Below the pieces are notes generated by a model, which made no database searches, was not told the origin of the DNA, and saw only the letters and a program-made list of their open reading frames with translations. Shown here piece by piece: positions 48,585-60,743 of a DNA stretch of 64,000 nucleotides (its first letter is position 1; each line of letters opens with the position of its first letter). Origin of the DNA: Coniocarpon cinnabarinum. Lineage: Eukaryota. The stretch lies in contig JAVECO010000032.1 in assembly GCA_051942205.1 (NCBI GenBank), forward strand, positions 1 to 64,000, written 5' to 3'. The translations under genes and the position numbers were made by a program.

Positions 48585-49417
48585 GGTGGCTGGGCAGGTA
48601 CTCGGAAGTCTCAGATTAAGGATCCTAGTGTCTGCTGCTGCCGCAGGTGCAGATACGTGCAGAACGCGAAATATTGCTGTGAAGAGGTGGGCTGAAGTGT
48701 CTCGCTATCTCGTGATCCACATGAAGGTATCGGGTGCGGTCTTGGCAATTGACGGATGATGATTTAATCTCTTGACGGCGAAGCAGCGACAAATGGTCAG
48801 GCACGGCTTTTGTGTTGGGGAAATGCCAGAGAGACAGATGCCAAGTGCTGTCGATCTGATGTTTTGGCCAGGTAGCTGCAACGGAAGATGCTGGGAAGGT
48901 ACCCAGCGAGGTCCCACCACCACGTCACCTCACTTGCTGAGCTCGGGCCACCGCCCTCGAGTGACACGTGACGAGTCGCCCAATAATCCGAGGTGTCTCC
49001 GAGATGCATCCGTTCCCACACATCAGCGTCACCAGTGAGCGAAGCTTTATGTGTACCTACTTGACTTTTCCCTGCTTGCCTCTTCTCTAGTGCGCGAGTG
49101 AGCATGTGCTCAACACGGGCACGAGTTTTGTGACAAAGATGTTCATTGCTTCGTGTAGCCATCACGTCTGCGTAGCTGAAATCTGGCGTCAGTATCCTTC
49201 GACTCCGCACTCGCTGACCATACAGTGAGGTGAAATGACCTTCATGTTAAGCAAGCCAAGGTGTCAATCCTCGCAAGAGGCGCTGACTCGCGGCCTGCAT
49301 GTCACAGCGATACTCCATCGTTGATCGACATCTTCAGATGAATCCAAGTCATTAGCTCCCCACTTGAACGTCTTTGAGATCGCGAAGAGTTGACGAATCT
49401 GTCTCATCATGTCAGCC

Positions 49418-51005
49418 TCAAGCTGACCACTCATTTTTTGGCGAACGCCACCAACCTGTACTTTTGATTGAGGACGCTAAATCTGTTTGATCTTCTATGT
49501 CTAGAGTTACTTGCTGCGACCTTCTCCTACCGTCAAGATACACCATGTGCTCCTGATACGACTCTGGCATGACTCTGACATCCTTGTCGACGGTGAACGT
49601 GTAGTGGAATTGCCCAGTAGGTTTTGCATTGCCATGTTCAACGTCTCGCACTTTGCTGTCAACGCGGACCGAGACTCTGGTAACTGGAGCCGTGTCGGAT
49701 GTGCTTGAGTTATCCGTGGCAGTAACATCAGGGTCGGTGTATACGATTGTTGCAGTTAGGTAAAGGACACTGCCCACTGGTACAGGATTGAGAAAGGTGC
49801 ATGGATCGGCGGACACAAAGATGGGTCTCGCATGCGCGAAGCTCGCACAGCAACAGAATGCAAGCTCAAACGTCTGCTTCAGAAGAAAACCGCCGAATAT
49901 CATGAAGTTGTGTCTGTTCCTATACTGGGGCTGCATGAACTGCGCCGTGCTTAATTTCGTTTCTGACATGGATACGACATTGCCCGGCTTCCTAGACGGA
50001 TCGTGTGGATTGTGAAAGGCGACCTGTAACAGCCAGATGCGATGTATAAGAGCTGCTTCTGCAGCGTCCGGTGGCTTGGTGAGAAGTGACCTAGCGGCGA
50101 GTGCTTTCTTGTGTTTTGAACGAGCCTCGCCCTGCTGAAAGAGAGCTTCATCTCCAGCACTCTCAGGTCTGATAGCTGATATATTTACTGATCTAATAAT
50201 GGTTAATTTTACTTCTATGCAGTGTTCATGTAGACTTGCTTTTTGGTTTGTGGATCGAGTGACACCATGGTGAATTGAATTGTTACAAAGACATCTTCCG
50301 GCTTCGGTCTCTGTCCTTCCGCCGGCGATTTCGCCACTGAACAAGTGATCTCCATACTACTGCGTCCGGAAGCATAAGTGACGTGACCACTATATTCGAG
50401 GTCACACAACTCCCTGAGAGGATTTTGAATTGTGATGCGATCCACGGCAGCAGTGACAGTTGTAACGCCTTCACCAGTATGTTTATATGCAATGATCCCC
50501 GAAAGAGCATCCAGGTCCATCAACACGGTTCCAAGCCTACAGCGTCTTAGTAAGCCTGCATTAGAACAGGGAAGACAAGCAACTTACCGAATATGACCAG
50601 TGGAGTTTAAATAAGTATCAGAGAGGAACTCATCTTGGGCCAGCGGTAACACCTACGGACGCTTAGCCATATTATACATGCGCGCAGATGAAACACTTCA
50701 CATACAACCGCGTGGAAACTATCACGCATCGTCTTCGGACTTAAGTCTCGTTTCTTTAAAGACTCGATCTTGTGTTTTTCATCACCAGAGCCTTGGTTGC
50801 GCCTTCGAAACGCTTCGATCCACGGCATTGAAATCCGCTCATCTGTCAAGGCCCGAAATACGCCGTCTGTACACAGTGGTAATCCTGCATGGAACCAGCG
50901 ACGGCACAAATGACTCGGGGCCCATTTTTGCTGTGCTCCAAAATTCGTGACAGAACCCAAAGCTCGCTCCCCCGTGCGGAGCAGCCGAAAGTAAGGTGTG
51001 CTCAT
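49418..51005 (-). CDS. Mitochondrial double-hotdog acyl-CoA thioesterase (ACOT9-like); introns 50653-50705, 50537-50587 and 50193-50239 (GC-AG)
   Basis: MDLDALSG, VTAAVDRI, GRSSMEI, MQPQYRNRHNFMIFGGFLLK and PVPVGS. Confidence 0.88.
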
Positions 51006-51687
51006 CCCGCTGTCATCTCAGCGAAGAGACGCGGGTTATGAAATGCCTAGAGCCGTCGCTTATGCAACTGGTCCTCAACAGCACCAACAAGTCAATGGGA
51101 GATGCGTGCCTGAGTAGCTTTGTTTCAAGAATTGAAGGTAAGCAGCCACGAGACTTTTAGCAGGGGCCAATGTCACGTGGCATGGCTTGCTGAAACCGTC
51201 TGATCCTGAAACAGGTCCTCTTTGCAGATCTTGACGTCCCACCTGCGTTATGCAATGGTCAAATTTGGAGTAAATCTATGCACCGTACAAGCTTCCAGAT
51301 TCCATTGATTAATAAATCTGTGCAATAGACAGATGAACCCTAATCGCATGAAGCGGACCTATGATTTGATTTCCTAGTAGAAGTATTGAAGGGCATGCGC
51401 CACGCTTTGATGTTGGTAGAATTTCCAAGTTGCATGTCACTCACCCTCCCCATTATTGATTATGGTGTGCAGAAGTACGTGTTGCATACAAATCAAGGTT
51501 GTGAGGTTCTCTCATCCACGAGATACTGCCCAATGTGAAATTAGTACAGCTCATTCGCGAATATGTACTCAAAGGTGAATGTGAGATCGCCATATGCGCT
51601 CTATTTCCTACTTTGCTCCTGCAGAATGAAGTCGGGAAGTAAGCTCCAAGCACTACGTACTCAAAATCATACCTCTCGTAGCCAAAG

Positions 51688-53015
51688 CTATCGTACAATC
51701 ATACTTTCCCTCTCTGGACCTGTGCCAATCCACTTGATCGGTACTTCGAGTTCGCGCTCGACAAACTCGACATAATTCCTCGCATTAGGAGGCAAGCTTT
51801 TCCATGTCTTGCAACCCTGGATACTGGTCTTCCACCCTGGGAGCTCTCTATACACAACTTCGATTTTGCTAACGTCGATCGCGTTGTCAGGAAACGACGG
51901 CAAGGCGTTGCCGTCGAGTCTGTATTCAGTCGCGACTTGGATGGTCTCAAAATCGTCCAGCACATCTAATTTGGTCAGGTTCAATACTGTGTAGTGATTG
52001 ATATCTCTCGAATAACGAAGGATTGGAAGGTCCAGTGGCCCGCATCTTCTGGGCCGACCAGTCGTTGCGCCAAATTCGCGGCCTTCCTTTTGAAGCTTCT
52101 GACCTACCTCACCTTCATCTTCTGTGGGGAAGGGGCCGCTACCGACTCTGGTGGTGTATGCCTTTACGACTCCAATGATCTCCCATTTCTTGTGCGGGCT
52201 AAGTCCAAGGCCCACGAACGCACCCGCAATACCCGTGTTCGAGCTCGTCACGAATGGATATGTGCCAAAGTCGATGTCCAGAAGACAGGCGTTGGCGCCT
52301 TCGACCAGGATTGGCTCCTGTTTCGCTTGCAATTCTCGTAGTAGAGGCACATGGTCAATCACAAACGGCCTCAACCGCTCGCGATGCGCGTCAAACTCGC
52401 GTATCTCGTCATCAACGTTGTACCCTCCGAGATCGCCGTGCAACTGCTTCGCATTCGCTGCGAGCATTCTCAGCCTCGAGTCAATTTCATCTTTGCGAAA
52501 GATCTCGCCCACCCTGATGCCTGTCCGCGCTGCCTTGGACGAGTAGGTTGGACCAATGCCCCGCTTTGTAGTCCCAATGTTGCCCTTTCCCAATGCCTTC
52601 TCTTCCAGTCCGTCGAGCAGCTGATGTAGGCGAAAGACGACGTGGGCTCTGGAGCTGATCTTCACTCGTCCATCAGTATTCAGACCCTTTGCCTTCAGCT
52701 GGTCGAGCTCTTTAAAGAAACCAGGAACATGCACGACACAGCCGGTGCCGATGAGATTCTCGGTTGATGCGGAGAGCAAACCAGAGGGCAAAATATGAAA
52801 GTCGTACTTGACCCCTCCATGTTCAATGGTGTGCCCAGCGTTGTCCCCACCAGCAGCTCGCGCACACAAACGGAATGGAGGTTGAGTTGTGTGAAGAAGA
52901 ACGTCAATGAGTTTGCCTAGACGAGCAAATTGTTGATGCGTGTTTTCGTGAGGAGCGACAGGGACATACCTTTACCCTCGTCACCCCATTGGGTACCGAG
53001 CACGATTGTTGCCAT
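51688..53015 (-). CDS. ADE12: Adenylosuccinate synthetase; intron 52917-52969
   Basis: QWGDEGKG|K, GGDNAGHT, IGTTKRGIGPTY, EGANA, YTTRVG, TTGRPRRCG and TKLDVLD. Confidence 0.97.
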
Positions 53016-53467
53016 CGCCAAAAGAAAAAAGACAAAGCATCGATTCTCGCTCACAGTCCGAGGTCCGCGTGGCAGGTGAGGGCACCTCGGTGTAAAACGT
53101 ACCGGTCACGAAACCGAGGAACCTCCCGTGCCTCCCTTTCATGCTTTCTCTGCCCTGCCCGCGATGCAAGTTGACCTTGGAATGCTGGCCGAGCTGTCCC
53201 GGCTTGCTATCTAAGAGGAAGTGTTCTCTGTGCACCAGGTGATGGGCGATGATGAATGGTAGGTGCAATTCAGAAGTAATGGCTTAGAAAACGTCCCTCT
53301 GAGAGAGCAGCGTCCGCGAGCATGGGCAACGGTGCTCGCAGTATATATCTTGCAAAATAACCATTTAGAGCCTGCGCTATCTATGAAGCGGAAATGAGAT
53401 TGTAGAGGGGTTTGCTATTATTCATGCGAGATTACAAACATCAACTGCGTTTGAGGACGTCACCCAC

Positions 53468-54502
53468 TCATGCCATCGCAAAAAATCCACCGATACCAGC
53501 TGCCGCCGCGATCAGAAGTTCTGTACCAACACTAGCCTTGGATACAGCGCCACCAGTGTATTGTGGATGTGCCGGACCCGGCGTAGAAGCCCCGTAAGTG
53601 GCACCGGACGGGATGTAAGCTCCAGCCGAGGTGGAGACTGCTGGTCCGACGATGGCCGTGACTGATGTTCCGGACTGGTAACTGGGCAATGCCGGCGCTG
53701 GCGCCTGTGGCTGGTTGCCGCCAACTTGCGAGACCACGGAAGGACTAGCGATCGGGCTGCCCGGGAGATAGGTGGCAGTCATGGTAGGTGCTTGGACCTG
53801 ACTGTCAACGGTTTGTGTAACCAAGAGGCTATTTGTTGCGGTTATGGCTTGGCCGTTTTCTGTTACGGTGGAGGGGAGAGGAGACGCGAAAGTGGTGAGC
53901 CGCGTGTTTGCAGTCGGTGCTGAAGATGTGACGGGCGAGGAGCTGACTGTAGCTGGTGAAGCTGGGGTCGCCGAAGGAGTCGCGGTATTGACGGTGCTGT
54001 TGCCTTTTGCAGTTGCCGGTGCGGAAGACGTTGACGAAGATGGCGTCGACGGACACGAAGGTAGACTGGGTGGCAGCGAGGTTGTGGAAGTAGCAAGACC
54101 ATTATTCGACGAGCCGGCAACGACACAGAAGTTATTGGAGTAGTTTTGGTCGTCACCCTGAGTGAGATTGAAGCCAAAGCCGCAGCCTGAATCTGAAGAT
54201 GGTGGTGTGTAGTGGAAGACGCCACCTGTCACTTGATGCGCGTCACCGTCTTTTACGCAGTTTCCGGGACAGCCCTTCAAGGGCTGAATTGTGATTGCCT
54301 GCGTGTGTGTTAGTCCATGGCAAGCTGTGAGAATATGTAATCGCGAATGACTTACGTCTTGCATGTTGCGTGCTTTGTATGGCAATTGATATTCCACCCC
54401 CTGCTGGACGGTACCGGGGGGAAATGTGAGTGCTATTTGACAAGATTCACCTAATACCACGGCGGCCAAGGCCGAGAAAGAAAAGATCCTTGTCGAAAAC
54501 AT
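53468..54502 (-). CDS. Secreted Ser/Thr/Pro-rich, probably GPI-anchored cell-wall protein; probable intron 54299-54355
   Basis: Signal peptide MFSTRIFSFSALAAVVLG, Cys-containing N-domain ending NYSNNF, S/T-rich stalk, and YTGGA followed by a hydrophobic C-terminus. Confidence 0.8.
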   Translation of the reverse strand: MFSTRIFSFSALAAVVLGESCQIALTFPPGTVQQGVEYQLPYKARNMQDVSHSRLHILTACHGLTHTQAITIQPLKGCPGNCVKDGDAHQVTGGVFHYTPPSSDSGCGFGFNLTQGDDQNYSNNFCVVAGSSNNGLATSTTSLPPSLPSCPSTPSSSTSSAPATAKGNSTVNTATPSATPASPATVSSSPVTSSAPTANTRLTTFASPLPSTVTENGQAITATNSLLVTQTVDSQVQAPTMTATYLPGSPIASPSVVSQVGGNQPQAPAPALPSYQSGTSVTAIVGPAVSTSAGAYIPSGATYGASTPGPAHPQYTGGAVSKASVGTELLIAAAAGIGGFFAMA

Positions 54503-56303
54503 GTTGAGCTGCTGAGTGAAGGAAAACGTTTCAAGAGATGCGCTGCTCCGTTGCGAAAGACGGGTATTATGATATTTTGCGAAAGACTGGAGAAATACGA
54601 GAATGTGCTGTTGCCTACCGAACGAAAGTGAATACCAAGAGACCAACCTCTGGCTATATATCCTCACCTGACCGAGAGCCACTACATCCGGCCCAGGCAT
54701 TGACAGGGCTGGGTCTGCTCTGCGTTTGTCGGCCATTCCTCAGCCGTTGTTGAATTTGCCGTAAATAGAGTCCATCACATTCAAGCCGCGGCAGAGCACA
54801 TGGTAAAGTTCTGACGCAACGAGGCAACGGTAGCAGACCGCTATCCCCGCCAGCATGTCCAGTGCAAGGAACTGCATGCAATAAGTCAAGCGGTAGGAGC
54901 TAGAGACGACCAATGCACATAATCTCCACGTGCGGGGTAGCGCGCAGCAGGAGCGCTGTCTCTTTTCGCACATTGGGCAATGTGACGAGAGCCGCCATAT
55001 CTAGGGCGGAGTGGTTGCTATTCATAGATGCTTCCATGCTAGGATGTTTTGATAAATGGACTGAACTCAGCGCCATTAGGGCACAGCGCCATGCCCATTC
55101 TTGTATAAAGGTTGCAGGTCCCTTCTTTGCGCTAGACTCTGTAGAGATAAAGGTAGTATAGGCTTCTGGTACCTTGCATGATCTTCCCGCATCATTCAGG
55201 CGCACTGCCGCCTGGCTATGCTTGAGGGTTCTCAGACCGAGTTCTTGCTGCGCCAAATGTCGGTCTCGGCTCAGACATCGTGTGTGTGGAAAATCTGCAT
55301 CCGAGGGGCCAGAACCGGCAACGCAGTGCTCGTGCAGTTCATTTCTCGAATACCCTGGACAGGTTGTAAGTATAAAGCAAACGATCCAGATGATCTCAGC
55401 TTCGCATGACAGAGCGCGCCCCGACGATCCAAGGCTGCGAAAGGAGTCTAGTACCACTGCTAGTACTACTGCTATGAGCAGATGCAGAAGCATGCCAAAG
55501 CGCAGAGCATACATAACGATGCTGCATGACGCGTCGAGGGTGCTAAAGCATATATGAGAAGCTGGTGACTGCGAAATCGAAAAGACAGCTTTTGAGAAAG
55601 TCGCGAGTGGATGGGAGCTCAGCAGAATTGGCGGTAAAATGAGTGACAAGTCTCCCAGAATGATCAATGTTCAACTGCGTTCACGTGTCTGACATGCCAC
55701 GAGTCAGTATGAGCGGGTCCTTGCATTAGCTCAAAGACCTACCTGGTACGATCGCATCCCGACGCACGCGAGGGTCCGAAGATCGGAGTCGGCGCGGAAA
55801 AAACAAACACATCCAAAGGGTAGCTTTCTCTTATCTCTTGTGATACGCCGGAGGTGGCCTACCGCAAAGCTGTATGAGAGTGGTTTTTTGCACGCTCTAT
55901 GTTCTCGTTGTGTGCTTCAATGATGCTGCGCAGCGCAGGCGATCCCATGCGTCGTGAGAGGAGATGCCGACAACGTCTCGCCTCGCCGTGTAGATGCTCT
56001 TAGGAAAGAATTCCGTACTGATGCGATATCTTATGCTGACATACATACCTATCATTCCATCCAATGCTTACGCTTCCCTTCACCTCTACGGATTTCCTTT
56101 GGACCCGACCCTTACCTTCTCCGTCATCCCCGAGCCATCGCCTTTGCTCAGGCAACCATGAGTCCTCCACCTCAAATTTGTTGCACTTTCTTCTAGGATA
56201 GATATTCATCTCACTAATTTTGACGGTTCGTGTTTTGTTGCACATCTTCACTGCGTCCTAACAGTGCTTCGCTGCGATCTTTTCTTCGCGATTACCTGCA
56301 TAA

Positions 56304-57502
56304 ATGGCGACTGCAGCCAAACTTCTGCCCCGTGCAGCCCTCCAATGCGCCACCGGCTTCTCACCTCAACAAAGCTTCCAACGCGTGGCTCGTCGTACCT
56401 TCACGGACTCCCACAAACCTCCTGGGAACCATAGTCGTTCTGTTCTCTTCTCGATTGTCGGTGCGGCAGCGCTCGCACCAGCAGGTTACTTCATCTACAC
56501 ACGCAACCCATCTAAGGCGACTTTTGCACCAGCCTACGCCGAGACTCGTGTCCCCACCACCACAAAGACCTCATCGGATGGCGGCCAGAAAGGCATCTTC
56601 GCACCGCAAGCTGCAGACTACCAGAATGTCTATGATGAGATTGCCGAGCGTCTCGTCGAGTTCGATGAGTACGACGACGGCTCTTATGGCCCGGTTGTGC
56701 TTCGTCTGGGCTGGCACGCATCCGGCACGTACGACGCAGAAACGCAAACCGGCGGCTCCAATGGCGCAACGATGCGCTTTGCACCCGAGATGGACCACGG
56801 CGCCAACGCCGGCCTGAAAGCGGCGCAAGACTTCCTCGAACCCGGTGCGTCTTCACCTCCACACTCCCTGATCATCATCCCATAAGCTGACGGAAATAAT
56901 CAGTGAAACAGAAGTTTCCCTGGATCACCTACTCAGACCTCTGGACCCTCGCCACCGTCTGCGCCATCCAAGAAATGGCCGGTCCCAAGATCCCCTGGCG
57001 CCCTGGCCGATCTGACCGAGACGCAAGCTGGTGCACACCCGATGGTCGCCTCCCCGACGGCGCGAAAGCACAGGACCACCTTCGCGCCATCTTCGGCCGT
57101 ATGGGCTTCAACGACCAAGAAATTGTGGCGCTATCCGGTGCCCATGCTCTTGGACGCTGTCACGCTACGCGCTCGGGCTTCGAAGGTCCCTGGACGTTCT
57201 CCCCTACCATGCTGACGAATGACTACTACCGTCTGCTGGTGGATGAGAAGTGGGAGTGGAAGAAGTGGAACGGGAATCCGCAGTTTGAAGATGCAGGGAC
57301 GCGGACGCTTATGATGCTGCCGACGGACATGGCGTTGGTGCAGGATGAGAAGTTCCGGCCGTGGGTGGAGCGGTATGCGAAGGATGGAGACAAGTTCTTT
57401 GAAGACTTTGCGAGTGTTGTGATGAAGTTGTTGGAGCTGGGGGTGCCCTTTTCGACAGGCGAGGAGGCGCGGTTGAGCTTCAAGAGCTCGAACGAGGAGT
57501 GA
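56304..57502 (+). CDS. CCP1: Mitochondrial cytochrome c peroxidase; intron 56845-56903
   Basis: Presequence and TM segment, [33 protein letters not shown] and MLPTD. Confidence 0.95.
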
Positions 57503-57848
57503 TAAGCTCCAATTCCACTGTACAACAACGGCACGGCTGATATACCTCGATGGTACAGCTGAGGAAGTGCCCGGGTAGGTATGAGAGATGGCATAGCGGC
57601 GGCGTAGATAATCATCACGGGACACTGGATCTGCTCTTTCGAGATAGATGTCCTTTCATCAACTCCTCTCTAATATCTAAATGATTAGATGAGTCAGGTT
57701 TAGCAAAGGGATTTACTACGCATGATAACCAGTCCCACAAAACCAAATAGCATAGTTTAAAGCATCATTACTGTGGCTCAAAGAATATTCATTCACTCGT
57801 GTTTGTCGTCCATGATTCATCTAGCTCGCTAAAGCGCTCGACATACCG

Positions 57849-59852
57849 TTACAACATCATGCTGCGCCTACGCTCCGCTATTCTTGCTGCTCTCTCTGCC
57901 CTTAAATTACTAGCGGCCGCTGACATGCCAGCTCTGTTAGCGTCGCCGTTCCTCATACTGGTCTTGGCGTTCGACATTCTTCCTACGCTCTTCAACTCCT
58001 TCGCCACGCTCCCTGACGCTACACTCGCAGGCCTGGCCTTGGCAGTCGTCGTCGATTCACTATCAGTTGTCGTACTCATTGTTTGTCGGCGAGGGCGTCT
58101 GAGACTGCCATTTGAGGATTCAATAGCGGTGGAGTTTGATGTCGTTGAAGAGGACTGTGCCATCATTGAGGATGTGAGATTGCTTGTGCTGCTGGCCCGA
58201 CGATGCTCAGAGACTCGCGACGATGTGCTTGGATCTCTAAGCCCCGTCTTTCGGGGAGGATCTTCAAGGTGCGCAATCTTTTTGAGAGGCGACATGTCAA
58301 CATCGAAAACATTTTGTGCGGATTCATCGTCTCCGGTTGTGCCATTGACATGTGCATTGCGTTCGTTAGAGTGCGATGCCTTGGGTGCCCCGTCCAGAGC
58401 AGCGTTCAGCAAAGCCAGGTCATCCTTGGGCTTCTCTCGGCCTAGTGAGGGACTTAGGACGTTGGTAGGCGGTTCGTTATGTGCAGAAGCACTGCCTACG
58501 ATCGGCTCCTTCTTGATGTGAATGACTCTTTGGCTCGCAGTTCCTGCCTCGCTCTGGTCATCCTGGCCAACGCTTGACTCTCTCTTTATCGCAACGGCAT
58601 CAGCCAACTCCTTTCCAGGACGCCGCATCTTGACATTGAGTTTTGGCTCTGCATATGACACTGCCGGACGTGAGCGCCGTGTGCCCCTGCCAAGTGATCC
58701 TGTATCACTTGCAGGTGGAGGTGTCGCAGGTCGTCCCTTTGGCTCATCCCCTCCCGAAGGTTGCGTGCTTGCCGGCGAGAAAAGTGAAAGAGGCGCTGAA
58801 GGTGTTGTCGGCTCCTTTTTGATGAGCAGGTCGTCATCAGCTTTGATTTCGACGACCTCCACCGGCGGATATATGGCTTGGCTCTCTTTAGTAACCAACG
58901 GTGTGGCCTTAGATGCGGCCTTCACAAGAGGCTGAGTACCTTTGGGAAAACCTGGTTTCTTGTTCGCCGCTGGCTGCGCCTTACGCGGCGACACAGAAGG
59001 GTCGGTGTTGATGCTTTTCTCAGCCAGGATAGGGCGCCCAGGACTGGCAATGCTCTTTGGACGGTCGTTTCGAGCGTTCGGAATGTTGAGTTTGCGACTT
59101 GCTCCAACCTTCAGCGGATGATCATGTGTCTCTTGCAGAGTCTGATCTTCAGTGACAAGACTGCTGTGCCGTCTCTTCTTTCTGATCTCCACGCTTCCAA
59201 GGATTCCATCCGCATTGCGCTCTGGTGAATTCATCTCGTTCCAACGCTGCCCGTGATCTATCACTGCATCTTCGCGATCGAGAAATGTGATGGGTCGTTG
59301 CAGTTCTGGAGACTCCCTCAGGTCTAAACCATCCGTGGAACTCATCTCTCGAAGATCCTCAACGCCGAGCGTCCTGCGTGGGAAGGACTTGTCTTCTGTT
59401 ATTGTAGGCATGGTTTGTCCCTGGCTGGCGAGTACTTCACAAAGAGTGCTTGAATTCTTCCACTCCCGCCTCGCAGGGCTCCTCTTGGGACTCGCTGCCA
59501 TCTGAGATTTCCGCCTGTGCGGCTTTTTTGGAAGGCTGTTGAGGTCGGCCAAAGTACCATTGACCTGCTGTGTGAAATCTCGTAGTTGTGTCTCTAATCG
59601 CAGGCGTAGCGCGTCCACGTTGCTGCGCATATCATTCGAGAAAGACACTGATATTTCGTTTTCCAACTGATTGATCCTCTGTCGTAGCGATGCATTCTCG
59701 GACAGCAGGTGAGAGATCTCAAGCTCTTGCTGGCGGAGTTTGACAGATTGATTTGAATTTGACCGCGCAAGATCACGATTTTGGCGCACAAAGCGACGCT
59801 TCAAGCCCTCCAGCGTCTCTGCCGATGCAGGAGGCTCATTGAGGCGCGCCAT
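57849..59852 (-). CDS. SGO1: Shugoshin
   Basis: N-terminal coiled coil LKRRFVRQNRDLARSNS...LLSENASLR and SGO motif RRSRPAVSYAEPKLNVKMRRP. Confidence 0.9.
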   Translation of the reverse strand: MARLNEPPASAETLEGLKRRFVRQNRDLARSNSNQSVKLRQQELEISHLLSENASLRQRINQLENEISVSFSNDMRSNVDALRLRLETQLRDFTQQVNGTLADLNSLPKKPHRRKSQMAASPKRSPARREWKNSSTLCEVLASQGQTMPTITEDKSFPRRTLGVEDLREMSSTDGLDLRESPELQRPITFLDREDAVIDHGQRWNEMNSPERNADGILGSVEIRKKRRHSSLVTEDQTLQETHDHPLKVGASRKLNIPNARNDRPKSIASPGRPILAEKSINTDPSVSPRKAQPAANKKPGFPKGTQPLVKAASKATPLVTKESQAIYPPVEVVEIKADDDLLIKKEPTTPSAPLSLFSPASTQPSGGDEPKGRPATPPPASDTGSLGRGTRRSRPAVSYAEPKLNVKMRRPGKELADAVAIKRESSVGQDDQSEAGTASQRVIHIKKEPIVGSASAHNEPPTNVLSPSLGREKPKDDLALLNAALDGAPKASHSNERNAHVNGTTGDDESAQNVFDVDMSPLKKIAHLEDPPRKTGLRDPSTSSRVSEHRRASSTSNLTSSMMAQSSSTTSNSTAIESSNGSLRRPRRQTMSTTTDSESTTTAKARPASVASGSVAKELKSVGRMSNAKTSMRNGDANRAGMSAAASNLRAERAARIAERRRSMML

Positions 59853-60091
59853 AATAATTCTGCTGCCCTCGCAGCGCTGTCGGGTAGGGCTGCTGCTCAC
59901 TGTCTGAGAAAGTCGTGCGCGTCCAGGCCCAAAAAAACACCGTCGTCAGCGCAGCGACCATAGGGCTGAACAGCTCAATTGGGTTAGTCGCTCGTGCTGA
60001 CGCGAGATGCACGCGGTGCCCCGCGGCCATTTGATTTCTATCTCAGCGGCACTACGATGTTCAAGTGGGTTGTTGCGCATTCCAGACGAAC

Positions 60092-60493
60092 ATGGCGCAA
60101 CCCCCGCGCTCTCTACCGACTCATCTCCGCAACCCATCGCTCGCTGGTTCTTCCACTAACTCCGCCAATTCGCCCCTCGCTGCCCGCATCATGGAGAAGA
60201 AGACTGAGCTTGCGAACCTGCGTGAGCTGCGAGACCTCTCTGCCCAGCTTTCGAATCAGATGTCGCAGCTGGAAAAGAAGTTGTCGACGCTGAGCAACGG
60301 CACCGAGGCTGTGGCAGCTGTTCTGAGCAATTGGCATAGCGTGCTTCAGGCAATTCACATGGCCAGCACAAAGATACCCGTGCCAAAAAGCGATCAGACG
60401 ACAAATGATGCGGGGGATGGGCATGATGATGTTGAGCTTCCTCAGACACTCGTCAGGATTCCTGTTGCAAATACCAACGGCTCTGGGGAGTGA
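60092..60493 (+). CDS. DAD2: DASH/Dam1 complex subunit Dad2
   Basis: LAARIMEKKTELANL...LSNGTEAVAAVLSNWHSVLQAI...LPQTLVRIP. Confidence 0.9.
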   Translation: MAQPPRSLPTHLRNPSLAGSSTNSANSPLAARIMEKKTELANLRELRDLSAQLSNQMSQLEKKLSTLSNGTEAVAAVLSNWHSVLQAIHMASTKIPVPKSDQTTNDAGDGHDDVELPQTLVRIPVANTNGSGE

Positions 60494-60743
60494 AGCGATG
60501 TCCAAGACCGCAAATCCTCAATATGGACACTCCGTCGCGCCGAGTTAGTATCCGCAAGGGTATGCTTGCTAAGAAATATACGGGGCTGTTTTGTTACCGC
60601 CTTCATGGTCGATGCTATGATCGATCTAAGATATCGATTCCATAGTCTACGCTACTCTACAGTGACGCCAAAACAACCCTCCCAGCAGACATTATGTTTC
60701 CAAGCACCGATCGGCTATATTGTCTCAGGATCCGCGTGATCGC

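Noticed and set aside
54900..55667. 255-aa minus-strand ORF
   Set aside because: It has a non-ATG start and no motifs, and lies in the region between the divergent wall-protein and CCP1 genes; probably spurious.
27279..57502. Several mitochondrial genes (CYT2, COX8, KGD4, thioesterase, CCP1) in one region
   Set aside because: They are interspersed with unrelated genes, and mitochondrial proteins are common enough for chance co-location.
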